DNA of 64,000 nucleotides from Escherichia coli (GTDB lineage Bacteria; Pseudomonadota; Gammaproteobacteria; Enterobacterales; Enterobacteriaceae): NCBI RefSeq assembly GCF_030013205.1, contig NZ_CP122649.1; one strand, 5' to 3'. Shown piece by piece: positions 62,609 to 64,000 of this stretch (position 1 is its first letter; each line of letters starts with the position of its first letter). The notes under the pieces were generated by a model. It saw only the letters and a program-made list of their open reading frames with translations, ran no database searches and was not told where the DNA came from. The position numbers and the translations under genes were made by a program.

Positions 62609-62745
62609 CCCAGTGATATCGGGCCTCTCAGCGGATCAGCATCCACTGTACAGGGGGAGAAATACACTATGTCGGGTAATCCATCCACTGTACCGGGCGC
62701 ATAATCCACTATACCGGGTAGATTCGATACACTATAGCGGGTAGG
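62609..62745. repeat. iterons upstream of repA
   Basis: Five to six repeats of about 17-19 bp (ATCCACTGTACCGGG, ATACACTATAGCGGG). Confidence 0.8.
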
Positions 62746-62779
62746 ATGTAGATCTTATGCACAAAACGGATCTCCCAAT

Positions 62780-63661
62780 ATGTCAAGTAATAACAACAAG
62801 TTATCTCTCGTCATTGAAGAGTCCCTAAAAGATTCAGGGGAAGTTATACAACTCTTTCCCACATTAAAACAGACCATTCAACCGAAAGTTTTACTCCGCC
62901 TAGGTGTGTTTGTGCCGACTTTGAAATCTACGGACAAGGGGGGGAGGAAGAGCCATCATATCGATGCCACTGAGCCGCTATCAAGGTTATCTATTGTAGA
63001 GGGTGAAGGTTACAGCCAGATCCAAATCTACGGGCCGCGTCTCGATATGGATACCGATTTCAAATCATGGTGTGGGATCGTTTATGCGTTGTCTAACCGG
63101 CCGCTTGATTCAGAAGGTCAGCTGGAGCTGAATTTTCCGGAGTTTGCAAAATTTTGTGGGTTTGATACCAAGCGCATTGATAAACAACTGAAAGAGCGCT
63201 TTGATGCTTCGCTGACGCGTATAGCCCGGACCAACATTTCATTTATTAAGAAAATACCCGGTACAGATGATCAGATAACGATAAACATGCACCTGGTGGA
63301 ATCGACGTATTACGACAGTTCCACGGGAAAAATCATCATCAAGCCAAATTCGAAGCTCAATACGCTGTATCGCGTCGACGGTAAAACCCGACTCTACCTG
63401 AAGACATTGCAAAAACTGGCCCGTAAGGAGTCCGCACAGGCCCTGTACCTGTATCTGGCTGAGCTGCCGAGCACCTTTTACCGCATCGGATTCGATCGGC
63501 TTCGTGGACGACTCCAACTGTCATCACACCTCGGTAACCAGAATGCCACGGTTAAAAAGGCGCTGGGCCAGCTTAAAGAGATCGGTTTTCTGGAATACTC
63601 CATAGACAAAGAAAACGGCGATTACGTACTGAATATTCTAAAGAGAAACATGAAGCCATGA
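62780..63661 (+). CDS. repA: iteron-type replication initiator RepA (P1/RepFIB-like)
   Basis: 293 aa; RLGVFVP, IDAT, GPRLDMDTDFKSWCGIVYA, FAKFCGF match P1 RepA as recalled. Confidence 0.88.
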   Translation: MSSNNNKLSLVIEESLKDSGEVIQLFPTLKQTIQPKVLLRLGVFVPTLKSTDKGGRKSHHIDATEPLSRLSIVEGEGYSQIQIYGPRLDMDTDFKSWCGIVYALSNRPLDSEGQLELNFPEFAKFCGFDTKRIDKQLKERFDASLTRIARTNISFIKKIPGTDDQITINMHLVESTYYDSSTGKIIIKPNSKLNTLYRVDGKTRLYLKTLQKLARKESAQALYLYLAELPSTFYRIGFDRLRGRLQLSSHLGNQNATVKKALGQLKEIGFLEYSIDKENGDYVLNILKRNMKP

Positions 63662-63697
63662 CCGATGCCGGATAATGCACCTGCCTGCCGCGTGGGT

Positions 63698-64000
63698 GGC
63701 TGCGTTACCCGGTATAGTGGACATTCTTCTCCTTTCCACTCTGCTTTACCCGGTACAATGGATCTCCACTACACCGGGTAGTGTCAGGCCTAAAATTACG
63801 ATGCAGCCCCTCCTCTTCAGCCTTACACTGAATATTTAGTGTGTTTTTTCACCAAAAATGTGATCTATACCCGGTACAGTGGAGTCACAGAAATGTGATC
63901 CGTACCCGGTATAGTGGATGAGAACTACTGCTAATCGGTTACCGGGAATGTGGTGGTACTGGGTGGAAAGGTTTACCCGGTATAGTGGATCGTGGCAGTG
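63698..64000. repeat. iterons downstream of repA
   Basis: At least five copies of CCCGGTATAGTGGA (inverse orientation), continuing to window edge. Confidence 0.8.

Noticed and set aside
1-64000. tRNA, rRNA, integron or integrase features
   Set aside because: No cloverleaf-like or rRNA-like sequence, attC-like site or integrase motif was recognised by eye; a tRNAscan/Infernal run would be needed to be certain.

Overview
This 64-kb window reads as part of a large enterobacterial conjugative plasmid of the IncHI-like type (MOBH relaxase plus F-type mating-pair genes). All calls come from reading the sequence and the six-frame track; no database search was run, so family names rest on recognised motifs and should be confirmed by BLAST/HMM. 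Layout: unknown genes (1-1800); umuDC-like translesion polymerase operon (1951-3628); a periplasmic module with DsbA-like, DsbC-like, lytic transglycosylase and HAD-like genes (3680-8204); trhF-trhH-trhG operon on the minus strand (8451-14900); a two-gene module (15512-16854) next to a candidate oriT carrying four tandem palindromic sites (17155-17318); relaxosome operon with MOBH relaxase and coupling protein, ending in an S49 peptidase and a NERD protein (17585-27595); an accessory stretch with a ParB/KorB-like protein and hok (27622-36002); a shortened IS1 beside a captured corA (36173-37956); a co-directional run of small genes including an HNH nuclease and an ASCH protein (38917-45242); an operon around an 809-aa PP-loop protein (45018-49828); a HigB-like toxin with a non-canonical 393-aa partner (51207-53224); tandem 258-aa paralogs; a Big-type surface protein with a divergent decayed paralog; and a P1/RepFIB-like repA with flanking iterons (62609-64000). 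The strongest unexplained signal is an 11-bp palindrome AAAGTWACTTT present 18 times across the window, a candidate plasmid-wide operator network. Other candidates for an undescribed system are the PP-loop operon, the HigB-like/393-aa pair and the ASCH/HNH island.
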